64,000 nt of DNA. Origin: Eutreptiella sp. 'Long Island Sound 2002' (taxonomy: Eukaryota > Protista > Euglenida). The notes under the pieces were generated by a model. It did no database searches. It had not been told where the DNA came from and was given only the letters and a program-made list of their open reading frames with translations. How positions within the stretch are numbered: position 1 is the stretch's first letter; the number at the start of each line of letters is the position of its first letter. The translations under genes and the position numbers were made by a program. The stretch spans positions 196,726,001-196,790,000 of the forward strand of contig OZ038378.1 of assembly GCA_964036045.1 (NCBI GenBank), read 5' to 3'. This document shows, in pieces, positions 35,340-47,895 of this stretch.

Positions 35340-38300
35340 TTAGGTCCTTAGGATTTAAAAACCCCAGTGGGTACTGGCTTTTCGGAGGTCAACATACAGC
35401 CATACAGAGGGTGGGGGGCTGGGCGGCGCCGAGGCGCCTGCATGTGTGGTGAGTGTGTTTGCGTGTGCGGTTGTTCCCTGTGCCAAGTTCCAGTACTTCT
35501 CAGAAGGCGGCCGCTCAAGTGGCAGCGCACCCGGCGTTTGCCGTGAGGGAGGTGGTTCGAGTCCCGGGATCGATGGTCTCCCACCGATCCCTTCGAATAC
35601 CGGACGGGACCTCCCATCGACCTGTTCGAGTACAGGTGGCGGCGCGCACTGCTGCAGGTGTGTGTGGTTCCTGCGTGTCACTTTTTGGGGGTTGGGGCAA
35701 AACGGACGAGACCTCCACCCGATCCACCGGTACCGGTGGTGGCGCGGGTTGCTGTAGGGGGGGGTGGTTCCCACGACGCCGACTAGAGAGCTCTACGTGC
35801 AGGGAACCCAAGAGCACCAGCTCCCGGGATCGAACCCCCGCACTGGACGACTGAAGACTACCGCTCTCACTACTGGGCCGTGCCGGTCTCTTGCCGTGTT
35901 TGGGGTTTGTGACACTCATGGAGTCTGAACCTATGGGGGTGTGGGCTCGCGTGCATTATGGCGTGCCAAACAAAGGGCGGCTGGGGTCCGGTGTTCCACA
36001 CCGTGAGCCCTCCGTGCTGCACGTGATCGTGGAGGCCGTTGCTGGCGATCTGGGTGCCAGCCAGGCCTCATCACAGCTGCCTGGGGGGGAGGGGGGGGCT
36101 GACGAGGGGAAGAGTTCCTGCCTGACGTCACGGATTGGTGTTTGCCGTGGTGAGCGGGAGACCGCCCGCGACCTCAATCCAGAGGCCGGGTCAGTACAGC
36201 CTGGTGAGTGGCGTGGTCTCTTGGAGGCTAGGGTGCAGTCCTCGACTTCCAGCAGTGGAGTAACTCCCTGTCTGCGGGGGGTCGGGGGGGGGGGGTGTGC
36301 CACGAGGAGGCGGGCTGGCCGCCCGCTCCTCCGGAGAAAACATGGGTTGCTCATCCAGGTCGGACTCGTCTTCCTGATCCTGTGCCTGCCCTTCCTGCTG
36401 TGGGCGCCGGGCCGAGGTGACATACCCTCGGAGGAGGGGGGATTTGCGGCGGCCCATGTCAGCCAGTGTGTCCGCGTGTGTGTTCCCTACAATGCCAACG
36501 TGTGAGGGGACATGCAGCCAGCGTACCGCTGCCCCTGCCTGCTCAATTTCCCCAAGGAGTTGCTCCCACAGGTCCACGTGGCCCACCGGCCCCCGCGAAC
36601 CTTGCCAGTCATGGCGCCGCCATTTGCTGGCTTTGCCTGTGGCCCCCATGACCACTAGTTTTGAATCCGAGCAGATCAGTGTGCGCTTGTGCTGTGTCCT
36701 ATGGCGAATGGCATGTATGGCCGCGAGGAGCTCTCCCCTGTTATTTGTTTGTTTCTGAGTGATGGGGATGCACCGTGCCGTGTCCCGGTGATCCGCGAAA
36801 TATACCCCAAACCCTCCCACCATTCCCGCCTCCGGATGGACCTCCGACGAGCCGTCGGGGTATATGGCTTCCCATCCCTCCGCTGCATACTCATCAATGA
36901 CTTTCTGATGCGCCTCCGCCATCGCTGGACCATACATGTCTTTTTTGCGTTTCCTGGGCCGCGGGTTGCGGAGCCTGGGGGGGGATGGGTGGGGTTGGCT
37001 GAACCTGGGGTGCTGCAAATTTCCTGTTTCCTTGAGGGATGCGATTGCTAGGTGCATGTCCCGCACTTCGGGCATGGGGAGGGTTGGAGCTGGGTGCTCG
37101 TACCATCGCGCAAGAATGCACAGCCACTGTGTGAGGAATATGTCCCATGTTGGGGGGGTGTCTCGGAATTTGACCGCATTGCGCAGGTTCCAGGATGCCA
37201 TAACCGCGGTCCACATGATCAGCCCTAGCGGGCTCTGGAGGGATAGAACTGTCATGTCCCACAGGAGGACCTCTGGGTCTGTTTCCGTGGTATCCTCGAA
37301 TATCGCTGGCCCCATGCATTGTTCCGCAATGTGATACGCGGGGGGGAGGAACCGGCACTCCAGAAGCGCATGTCGCATGTCTTCTGGTTTGCCATCCACC
37401 AGGCAGTGTGTGTGCTGAGGGAGCCAGTTGGCGAGTCTGGTCCCCACTGGGAGTTTTTTCCACAGTGCGGTCTGTATGAAAGAGTGGTGTTTGGGCGGTA
37501 TCGAGAGCTTGGTCCAGGCCTGCCAGGTTTCCGGTGTTTGACGGGGGTCCGGGGGATCCTGACGCATCAGGTACCTGAGCATGGCCTTTGTATTCCAACC
37601 CCCCCAGAAAATGGCCGATGTTTCTTGTGGTGGCGTCATCTGTGGTCGGGGCCAGGCCTGTCCCAGCTGGGCCTTGTACCTCGGGGCAGGGGGGGGGGGG
37701 GGCTGCCATGTGTGGGTGGGCGGGGTGAAGGAGGGGTTTCTGGAACCGTGTCCGGATAGAAAGAGCCCTTAGGTTTCTTTTTAGCTGGAGATACTCCGAT
37801 GGCTATGGCCAATTGGCGGTTCATGGTGGCCCTCTGATCCGCCAAAAATTGCTGTTGCTGAAGGACTTCGGCTTGTTGTGCGCGAATAGTATCACCAAGC
37901 TGCTCGCTGGGATTCTCAAGCAAATTGAAGATTGTGAGCTGTGATTGACCGATTTGTTGGTTGACATGCGACCACTGGTCGTGTAGTACTTTTCGCGCTT
38001 TTTCATCGTTCTCGTCGCATAAGTGAAACTGAGACTCCACTTCCTTTCCCTGATCAATGAGCATAAAAAACGTCTTTCTGGCGGCGTAGAGAGCAGAGTC
38101 TTCCGCGAGCTTGTATTTCTGCAGCGAGAGGCGGATTGCTGCTCCAAGGTCATCCACCACGCCTTTGAGTTGCGTGCGGTGTGCTGCTGCCTGCTGGTCT
38201 GCAGGAGGGCCTGCTGCTTCAAGTAATTTTAGGTGTGTGTGCTGCGCAGATCTTTTGTTGGTGAGGTCGATAATATTTTGGGGCGCAGAGAGCGACATCG

Positions 38301-38976
38301 CGCGCATGATTTGGTGGTCACCCGTTGACAGATGCGCAACCTCCTCCATTACCGTGTCAGAGTTGGTCTCCAGTGCTCGGTTGTGGACTTTGGTGAAGAA
38401 GGCAAAAAGGGCATCTCTTTGGGCAATAGTCAGCACAGTTTCGAACTGGGAGTTCGCGTTGTCCCATTGGTGGGCACTGAGAGCCGGTCTCAATAGTGCC
38501 TCCAGGGGGCCCTTGTTTTTCAGAAATCGCTGCAGCGAAATGGTCACGTCCTCCAGATCATCCCGTTCTAGAGTTTCAAGAAGCTGCTGCGCAGTAGCCA
38601 GATCGAGTAGGGGCACGATCTCCAGATGGGAGGGGCCTTCGTTACTTTCCGACATGGCCAGTCGTCAGATATTTGTGAAGTACTCGTACAAGGGGGACAC
38701 AGACCCCAGGCAGGTCGGGAACAAGAAGTGTCCAGAGCAGCAAAATGGCTACTGATGAGCACATTGTTTGTGTGCTGTCGGATCCGACGTTCCCCGTGAG
38801 GGATGCTTCGTTCTGACCGTGCGGCTGATCGTGCGGCTCGATGAAACACACAAGAAGCGTTTCGTCGTGTAGGCAGCGCTTGCAGGTTCCGATGCGTTGT
38901 TAGTGCCCAGGGGCATGATCCCTGGTGGGCAAGTCATGATAAGACATCCAAAAAAAATAGACACTCAGAAAGTGTT
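35340..38976 (-). mobile_element. LINE-A: ORF1 joined to zf-RVT/RNase H, with EN and RT deleted
   Basis: ORF 37636..38655 (339 aa, coiled-coil); ORF 36191..37639 with ALWKKLPVG..CLVD..EDMRHALLEC and IYPDGS, QTNNRGELLA, CSDSKLV, WLHVPSH..GNTHADTLA. 5' end starts aacactttctg at 38976; the 3' boundary is approximate. Confidence 0.8.
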
Positions 38977-41900
38977 CCCCCCGGTACGCTTTGCATCACC
39001 CATCCTTCGCCTGATGCCCTCCAGCGCTAGGAGCCGGAACTTTGGGGGCCTTCTCGGGCCGCTGGAGTTCACCTGTCGCGCGTCCAGGATGGCACGGGAC
39101 TTCAACTTATTTTTACAAGTAAGAAACATGCGGGCACTGGGAGGGGCAGAGGTCAGGTGCAGGCCCCCTGTGTCGACTTGCAAGGACTCGAGCATGCTGT
39201 CCAAAGGACCCCTCCACCCAGGAGTGCAATGGCTGTTTGTCGCAGACCTCCGGTCTCGCTGGGCCTTTTCATACACGCTCACGAGGTCACGTGGCACGAG
39301 CCTGCTCCATATGGAGTCTGCGGCCACGACACACCCCGCCTCCCCCATCCCCCGGGCCGCCATCTCCGCCGTGACTGGTCCCTCGTCGTCGCTACTACTA
39401 TAGTAGCCATCGTCCTCTTCCTCGAGGTCCCCCTCATCCCGGACCCGCTGGAGCACGGTGGTGAGGACCCGCAGTCCCTCGTCCCCACCCTCAAGTGCAC
39501 CCATAGCCTCACCCATCCCCAGGATCATTTTTCGGACCATCTCTCTCCTGTGTGACTTGACGCCGCGCAGGCTTGCCACCTCCGCCGCCAGGGACCTGAC
39601 CCCCCCCCCCCCTCCTTTAGGGTGCGGGGGAGGCGGTTCTGCCCCTTTTTCTGTTGCCACCCTGGGCTGCCGCATCCCGTCCCCGAGGATGTCGTGTACC
39701 TTCACCCTGGCCATATGTGATCTCTGTCCTGACCTAGGAGGGCCAGAAGGCGAGGGTGCTGCCCTTCTTGACCTTGTGGCCAGGCACTTTGTCGTCCGAC
39801 CCACCCCATACAGGCCAGGGGATTTGCCTTGAGCGGATGAACCTCCATTTTGGGGGGGGGCTTCTCTGTACATGCGCGCTACCCCTAGGGTCTTCCAACC
39901 ACTCCAGAGCATGATTGTTTGCATTGGGGCGCCCATGTGCTTGAGGGGTGCTGCCACAGTCTCCTGAAAGCGTGCCACCGGATCGTCTTTTTGCTCCCCT
40001 CCCCCCTAACCGAGGAGGCGGACCAGCGTCTTGCCCAACGCCTCACCTGACCCGTGCCGGGCCCCCCTGTCGGGGTGGAACCCTTTGAGGGCTCTGAGCT
40101 TAACCCGAAATTGCAGCCACTCGCGCACCCAAGGCCCTAGCTCTTGTTGTTGCCCCCCCCCCCCCGTCTGGACTTTGCCCCCAAAAAATGTATGCCCTCC
40201 CCCCCTTGTCCCACGGGGCCCCCTACCTCTGAGCGTAGCAGACAATGTCCCACTGACAGGCATGCCAGGGCGACAGCCTCCCAGTCCGACGAGCTCCTGG
40301 CCGCATCGCAGATTCAGATGAGGTCGTCCATCTGCGCCCACTCCTTCGCAGCAGCCCTGTCCTCTTTGGACCTTTGCAACTTGATGGCCACGACCAGACT
40401 CCAATCGGACGGTCGTACCACTGTGGGCATCCAGCCCATTTTTTCCAAGAGGCGTGCCGGTGACAGGACGGCCTTAGCCGAGCTCTCCGACTGGTCAGCC
40501 TGCGCAATCGCCAGCAGTCTGGATTCCAAGAGTGCACTGGGCCCATCGCCACGTCGCATTGACTCCGTTCGCGCTAGCCTTTTGATTTGCCGCATATAGC
40601 CACCCAGAGTATCTTTGTGCCATCCGCTGAGAGCCGTGGAGGTGAAGGTTGTCCCGTACCCATCCATCCAGCGCCTCCTGGAACTCATCACGAGCTTGCA
40701 CCCACGGCCAGTCCAGTGCTGAGTGCTCCATCCGTTGTGACCAGGCTCGGTCCTAGGCCTCCTCCTGCACCTCGCAAAGTCACTTCTGTTGCCCCTTGCA
40801 GCCAAAATTCTCTCTGTTGGACCACCAGTGATGTCCACCACAGTTTGGGCAGGCGCTTTTGGGCGGTCCTTCGCAACATACCCGATTTTTTGCTCTTGAA
40901 ATGGCGCTTGCTATCAATCCACTTGAATTCCGGCTGGTTGGCGCTCTTTGGGCCTCCTCGTTCCTTTTGCCTCTTTGATGATCGTCCCGACGAGCTGGAA
41001 CTCCCAGAGGACGATGACCCCGAGTTGTTGTCGCTATTGCTGCTATCGGATGACGAGGAGGTCGAATCGGGTGATCCACACCGCCCTTTGCTCCGTTTGG
41101 ACAATTTTCATCCCTTCTTCTCCTTGCAATGCTCCTTCTTTCTTTGCTTCTTCTCTTTGTGTTTTTGCTTCTTTTTGTGCTCCTTTATCTTCGTTTTGAG
41201 GGTGTCCTTTCCGAATTTGTCACATTCCAGCAGGATTATCCACGGATCGCTCACAACCGCCCCCATATCCGTCTCTGCCTCGGTTTCGTCCGCATCCATG
41301 AGCCCCTCCGGCAGTCTGCAGATTTTCTGTGTCTAGCGTGGGGTGCCGGGTCTTTTTCGTAACCATCGAGCGTTCTTGTAGCTGGGTTCCCTGTGCGTTA
41401 GCTCGGGCTTGGACGCGCCCTCCTCTTCCGCCCCGTCCCCGGCCGCACCACGGACTTGTGTATTGCCGCCTATTGTCTCCTCGTCAACGACCATGCCGTG
41501 GTACTTGTCTCTTGGCTGCTGCTTTTTGGGTGTGGACCTTGCCCCCGGTTGCGTACCTGCGTACTTCCTGTTGGCGGCTCGGGTCGGTTCCCTCGTCACT
41601 AGGTCACATATGGCGAAGCTCACCGCTGCCGCCTCCGGCACCAAGTGGAATGATGTGACCTCTGTTCCCCAAGCGAGGGTGAGCCCGTACAGCAGCGTGT
41701 CGAGGTACTTCTAGGGGTAGGATGATTGGAATGAGATACCCTCGTGATATGCCCGGGCCATGTGTGCCGGTAGCCAGCCCCCCCCCTCGGGGCCCCACCC
41801 GGCCACGCCGGCCATGAGTACCTCAGTCCTGTGCTGTAGGGGGACCATGCGTGCCATCCATGGAGTTTGCAATTAGTGGGACCAGGCGTTCGACTTTACT

Positions 41901-42125
41901 GCCGGGCTGTCATCCTTGAGACGTGTCCAATCCCAAGCCCCTTCGTTGACCGTGGAACTCATTGATCGCCTGAGCCCCCCCCCCCCCCCCACTCGCACAG
42001 AAATAACAAAAGACTGGGGGGGGAGCAGGAGGGGGGTGGGGGCAACAGGATCAGGAGTGGGGAGGGGTTGAGCTGGGCCCCGGTGGCAGAACTTCCGTTA
42101 CCTCCGCTGCGCTCCACTAACTGCA
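38977..42125 (-). mobile_element. 5' part of the tyrosine-recombinase retrotransposon: A1 repeat, gag-like ORF, YR, RT N-terminus
   Basis: K/S-rich gag-like pieces 40688-41644; YR motifs across frameshifts: TLGGYMRQIKRL, LSVGHCLLRSEV (R), RWHAFRR (HxxR), WSGWKTLGVARMY (W..Y); RT start KSRAILDARQVN..PKFRL ending at KRTGG. Confidence 0.85.
39869..40841 (-). pseudogene. Tyrosine recombinase of the YR retrotransposon
   Basis: Catalytic R, HxxR and W/Y motifs present in order with one stop (40314) and several frameshifts. Confidence 0.75.
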
Positions 42126-42699
42126 GTCAACTCCCCCCCCCAAAGGTTGAACGGGGGGGTTGCAGTGGGGTGGGAGGCGTCCTATAGCAATGTATTTTGG
42201 AATGGAGTGTTTGTTTTGGGATGGGATACAATTGCATGGCATAGCATAGCCATTGGTCTCGAGAATAGTCTGCATATCGTGTTGACCTGGTGGCACACAA
42301 TTTTGATGATTGAAATGAATGCAACGATGCTTGTTGGTTTGCTACATATAAACAGCAATAGGTAGCCACAGGCCGGGTGATCTGCATGAGCCCCCATTCA
42401 ACCTCCTGGCCCAGAAAATGCCCTCAAATGAATGTATCAAAAAACAGTGAGGGGATCTCCAGATGTCCCAGATCAAGTGGACATGACCTCATTCCATGAC
42501 CCAGTATGTCCCAAGGGGCTTTGCCATGGTGGACCATACACACCAGATTCCATTTGCACGAGTTATGTCGCTTGGGTAGCACCCACTGGATGGGTCTTCC
42601 CATGCCACGGCCCTGTTTGGCATGCCCCGTGCATCATGTGCCACCCTTGTGCAGCCCATTAGCGGAGATGTGCGAATTGTAGGATCGCCGTGTGCAGTG

Positions 42700-43710
42700 C
42701 AACACATTCCCCTTGTACCCCAGCGGACGTAGTCACCAGATGCGATGTGGTGAACGCGATGCAGCCATTCTGCATCGTGAATGACAGACACCACCGAGGA
42801 AATGCGACAAGAATGCGTGGCCCCGGAGGAAACCTGGCGGCAGGCATTGAATCACGATGGGCAGGACCCAGCAGCCTGCGGGTCGCAGCCGCGTGCCCTG
42901 GCCAGCACCGAGGCGAGGGCATCTCATGCGCCGAGCTGTCAAAGTGCACGCATTTGCTGGGCATCCCAGACACACAAAGCTCACGCCTCCGCTGCACCTT
43001 CTGTGCAGAGGTGGCCCACTGGACCAGGCAATCACTGCCTTCCGGTCGTTTAACAAAGAAAAAGGGGCGTCTGGGTTGACTTGGCTGCGGCACAGCGTTC
43101 GGTTTGGTGCCCGTACCAAGCCAACTAGAGGTGGGCGCACCACCCTCCCGCTCACCACCTCCCACAATGTGCTTTGGCACATGCCCGCCACCGCCAAATT
43201 GTTGGCAATCTCATAACCCTCAAAGACCATGTGGGCCGGCGCCCTGATCCAGCGGGCCCTGTCACCCATGGGGTACAACAACCCCAACAACTCCACCAAC
43301 AGGCCCACATTGGACAACGGCCCCTTGGGCCCGGCCCAACTGTAGGCCTGCCACTTCAACGCCTTGCCTGGCCCCCGGAAACCCACTCTGAGTCCATAAG
43401 AGCACACACTTTACACAGCCGTGGCTCAAAAAGGCGCAGCACCCTAATGGATGCCACCAGCTCGGCTGCATTATTCGTTTGCCGTTCCTCCCCATCCAAC
43501 GGCTCCGAAACCCGCACCTCGACACTAACATCTGACGGGGGGCACCCCCCCAACTCTCGGCGACTTCCTGGACTGAGTGTGCTTAGAGGAGCCATCGGTG
43601 TACACCAGCAAAAACCCCTGGGACGCCGCCAAAGAAAATTGCTCAGTCACTGACTTAACCAAACTTGGCACTACTGGTCCCTTCTCGCAGCCCGCGCCGC
43701 ATGACAACCC
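42700..43710 (-). pseudogene. LINE-C RNase H remnant
   Basis: LVYTDGSS, RQTNNAAELVA, MDSEWV, WAGPKGPLSNVGL, WIRAPAH..GYEIANNLA spread over three frames; same type as in LINE-A/B. Confidence 0.8.
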
Positions 43711-44781
43711 TTATGACGTTCTGAGGCCTTGGGCCCGGACATGGCGGCAGGAGGGGACAGGACGGGCATAGGGCGTCAAAGATGCCCCTCCCCCGGGGCT
43801 CAGTAGCCTGGGACGTCTGGCAAACCTGAGATGAGCACTAGCGGCATGCGGGCCCAAAAGGTGCTGGGTTACGTCAGAGACATCAGGAAGAGTGGGCAGT
43901 GCAAACTTCAGTAAACAGATTCGGAGCGGACAGGCCAACAAACGCATGAGCAGATGGGTAAGGGGGGGCGGAGTACGCAGAGAAACAAGGAGTGTCACCA
44001 AGAGAGACAGTGACAAGAACACCGGTCCTCCAAGGGGTCCAACACTGAGTGCAGATCTACCTCTTGTTTCCTCTGCTGATGGGCATTGGTGCTGGGCGTG
44101 CCCCAGGAGAGCGGTAAGAGCCGGTTGCTGCTGCTGCTTATGTTGATGGTTCTTGGGGGCGAGTTAGTAAGGCTCATTGAGGATTGCTGAGGGTGAGTGC
44201 GGTAGGGGCGTCTGCAGCCAGGCCATGCTGCGGTCGTGGTCTATGGGGACGGGGCCATGCGTGTGGCATGGGACCCTCCCGAACCTGCGAACCGAAAGAT
44301 TCGTCACCGTCCAACCGCCAACACGCCAACGGGTGTCGCAGACTGGCACACCGCGCACCATCATTCCCGGTGAATAACGCCGAGAATGCCTGAAGAGAGC
44401 TGCTCGATTCCATCGACGATGCGACGCGGGCGTGTCCCGATATGTGGATTCCAGTCCATCCGGTAGCCAGTTCTGAGCCTGGACAGCGGCCATGCTCACG
44501 AAATCGGGGCGCGCAGGGGGGGGGGGATCAGGGCCGAGTGAGTACGCCGGTTGGTGCTTCCGGGTGTGTGTCCATGTTCACCTTTTGAGGAGGGAGTCCT
44601 CCACGCGTGGACGGGGGGTCGGGCTACCGGAAGGGGCGACTGATGAGATACAAAACCTCTTGTCAGGGGGTTTGAAAACGGGGGTGGCCGTTCCCCGTGC
44701 GTTCCTGAATGGGCCGCGCCTGGTGGTCCAACACCGACTCGGGCAAGACTGTGCCGAGTTTCCACGGATCGCCCCGGGGCC

Positions 44782-45500
44782 TCAGTGCTGAGCCTCCGTC
44801 GCCAGAAGTTTCTCGACGACGGACTTGTACGTCAGCGCCTCCAGCCGCTGCACATCTGGGCCGGGCCCCGCCAGCAGGTCCCGGATCCGCGTGCTGCTGG
44901 CCTCCAGCACGTCCACGTCCCCGGCCACCACCCAGCACTTGTGCCCGTCCGGGGGGGGGCGCGCGCCGGCCCGCGTCACGCACACAACCCACGGCTGGCC
45001 CCACAAGTGGCACTTCTCCGCGTGGTCCTGCCCGCACACGTACAGCACGTCGATGCAGCGCCCCCCCAGCGCCGCGGCAAAGGCCTCGTTCAGGCGCCCC
45101 TCCAGGAGCCGCCGCACCTCCGGGAAGTCCACGAACACGCGCCGCTCGCTCTCCCACGGGTCGCACTGCAGGAATTCGGCGCTGCCGTCCTCGGCCACGG
45201 CCCGCCCGACCATGTCCACGCGGTCCGCGGCCAAGTACCACGACGCGAGCCGTTTGCCGCGCACGTACACGTCCGCGGAGGGCGAGAGCAGGCCCCCCAG
45301 CACCAGCGCGTTGCCGGGCGCGGCCTCCAGCGCGGCCCGTGCGAGGTGCAGCATGCGCAGGTGGCCGCGGTGCACGGGGTTCAGGGCCCCGGTGGTGAGC
45401 AGCACCACCAGGCGCTGCGGGGCTGCCGGGGGCGGCGCGCTGAGGTGCTGGTGCAGCCGGGCTGCAATGTGCTCGTACAGCTCGTACATGAAAGAGCAGA
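44782..45500 (-). CDS. NMNAT: Nicotinamide/nicotinate mononucleotide adenylyltransferase-like (HIGH-motif nucleotidyltransferase); terminal or sole exon
   Basis: TGALNPVHRGH, GGLLSPS, DPWES, YVCGQDH, SSTRIR motifs in order; ATG at 45489, AG acceptor at 45502-45501, TGA at 44782. Confidence 0.85.
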
Positions 45501-45989
45501 CTTGTGTAAGAGACGGGCGTGCGTGAGCCTTTGGGGAATGGGGCGAGATGGAGCAGCATGCAGCCTACCGCGCCCTCCTCAGCCCCCCCCCGTCCCCCTT
45601 CACGGCCCCTGGCCGTGCAGGACGGTGTTCCCACCACCCTGAGGAAAGGGCCACCAAATGACGGCGTCCCCAGGGACCGTTCCACTACAAGTAGACGGCG
45701 ACCGTAGGAAAAGTGTTGTCATCGTCATTCGTGTTGTTGGCGTCATGGGTCAGCAGGTCTTGGACATGCAGGGCAAATGACAGAGTGGCCATTTCCCAAC
45801 AGGGAGTAGATTATTCGGTCAAAGATATTGGACGCCCTTATTGAGGCATTTCCAACCAATGCTCTCACGTGTTCTCATTTTCATACAACAGCAAACACCT
45901 TCTGCACAGAGGGGCAATTTCAAACAAATATCCTGTTGCTGATGGAGAAGGATGCCTCTGATCTAGAGGAGGAGCGAAGATTCCCTTGG

Positions 45990-47895
45990 GCCATTGAGGA
46001 TGAATCTAGAGCATTGAGGTTTACTCTAGGGCAATGAGGATTACTCTAGACCATTGAGGATTCCTCAAGGCCAATGAGGATTCGTCTAGGCCAATGAGGA
46101 TGGCTCTAGGCCAAAATTGATTCCCCCAGGCCATTGGGGATTCCTCTGGCCCATTGAGGATTCCTCTAGGCCATTGAGGATTCCTCTAGGCTATTGAGGA
46201 TTCTTCTTGGCCATTAAGGATTCTTCAAGCAATGAGGATTCTTGCAGGCCATTGTGGATACCACTACACCAATGGAAATTCTATTGCCCCCAGCAAGCCA
46301 CCTCGACGAGAGTGCTACAACACTAAAGTCAGTCAATTAGACGGGCAGTCAACCAATCACTCAGTCAGGCAGTTAGGTAGTTAGTCTTCGAGGTGATTCC
46401 TCATTGGCAAAGAGGAATCCTCAACGGCCTAGAGGCATCCTCATTGACCTGGAGGAGTCCTCAATGGGCCAAAGGAATCCTCATTGTCCTAGAGGAAATC
46501 TCAATCGCCTAGAGGACTCCTGAATGGTCTAGAGTGATTCTCAATCTCAATGAAATCTCAATGGCTAAGAGGAATCCTAAATGGCGCGGAGGAATCCTCC
46601 TTGGCTTGAAGGAATCCTCAATGGCCCAGAGGAATCCTCAAGGGCCTAGAGGAATCCTCAAGGGCGTAGAGGAATCCTCAAGGGCGTAGAGGAATCCTCA
46701 ATGGCGTAGAGGAATCCTCAATAGACTAGAGGAACCCTATATGGCCCAAAGAAGTTCTCATTGGCCCTCGAATGGCCTAGAGGAATCCTCAATGCCCTAA
46801 AACAATCCTTATTGGCTTGGAGGAATCCTCATTGGATCCTCGATGGTCCGGACGAATCCTCAATGGCCTAGAGGAATCATCTGACCTAGAGAACTTCTTA
46901 TTGCTGTTGAAGTATCCTCCATGGCCTAGCAGAATCGTCAAAGGCCAAAAAACTCCTCAGTGGCCGAGAGGAATCGTCGTAGGCCTAAAATAATCCTTTG
47001 TGGCCTCGAGGAGTCCTCCATGCCTACCGAAATCCTCTATGGCTGAAAGGAATCCTCCGTGGCCAAGGGGGGCCTACACGAATCTTCAATGGCGTAGAGG
47101 TCCCCAATGGCCAAGAGGAATCCTCAATGGCCGAGGGGACACCTCATTGGCCCAGAGGAATCCCCAATAGCCTAGAGGAATCCACAATGGCCTAGAGGAA
47201 TCCTCAATAGACTAGAGGAATCCTATATCGCCCAGAGAAGTTCTCATTGGCCTAGAGGACTCTTGAACGGCCTAGAGGAATCCCCAATGCCCTAAAGCAA
47301 TCCTATATGGCCAAGAGGAATCCTCATTGGCGAATAGGACACTTCAATGGCCTTGAGGAATCCTCAATGGACTAGAGGAATCCTCATTGGCCAAGAGGAA
47401 TCCTCAATGGTCTGGACGAATCCTCAATGGCCCAGAGGAATCCTCAGTGACCTAGAGAATTTCTCATTGGTGTTGAAGCATCCTCAATGGCCTAGCAGAA
47501 TCGTCAAAGGTGAAAAAAAATCCTCGGTGGCCTAGAGGAATCCTAAATGGCACAGAGGAATTCTCATTGGCATAGAGGTATCCTTAATGGCCAATAAGGA
47601 TTCCTCTAGGCCAAGAGGGATCCTCATTGGCCTACAAGGATCCCAGAAGAGTCGTCCATGCGCCACAAGACTCCTCGATGGCCTAGAGAAATCCACAATG
47701 ACCTAAAAGGATCCTCATTCGCCTTGAGGGTTCCTCAATTGGCCACAACTAACTAGCCTAGAGGAGTCCTCAATAGCCTAGAGGAATCCTCATTGGCCTA
47801 GAGGTATCCTCAATGGCCAATGAGGATTCTTGTAGGACATTGAGGATTCCTGAGTGGGCATTGGGGATTCCTCTAGGCCAATGAGGATTCCTCCA
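45990..47895. repeat. 20-bp satellite (gaggaatcctcaatggccta) in alternating orientations
   Basis: Reverse units ~45990-46260, unique spacer ~46260-46390, forward units ~46390-47580, reverse units ~47590-47630 and ~47815-47895; ~480-bp higher-order duplication (~46700-46990 vs ~47190-47530). Confidence 0.9.

Noticed and set aside
37636-37639. ATGA stop/start overlap suggesting ORF1-ORF2 translational coupling in LINE-A
   Set aside because: ORF2-like sequence starts upstream of this ATG, so the overlap is probably incidental to a deletion plus C-run frameshift.
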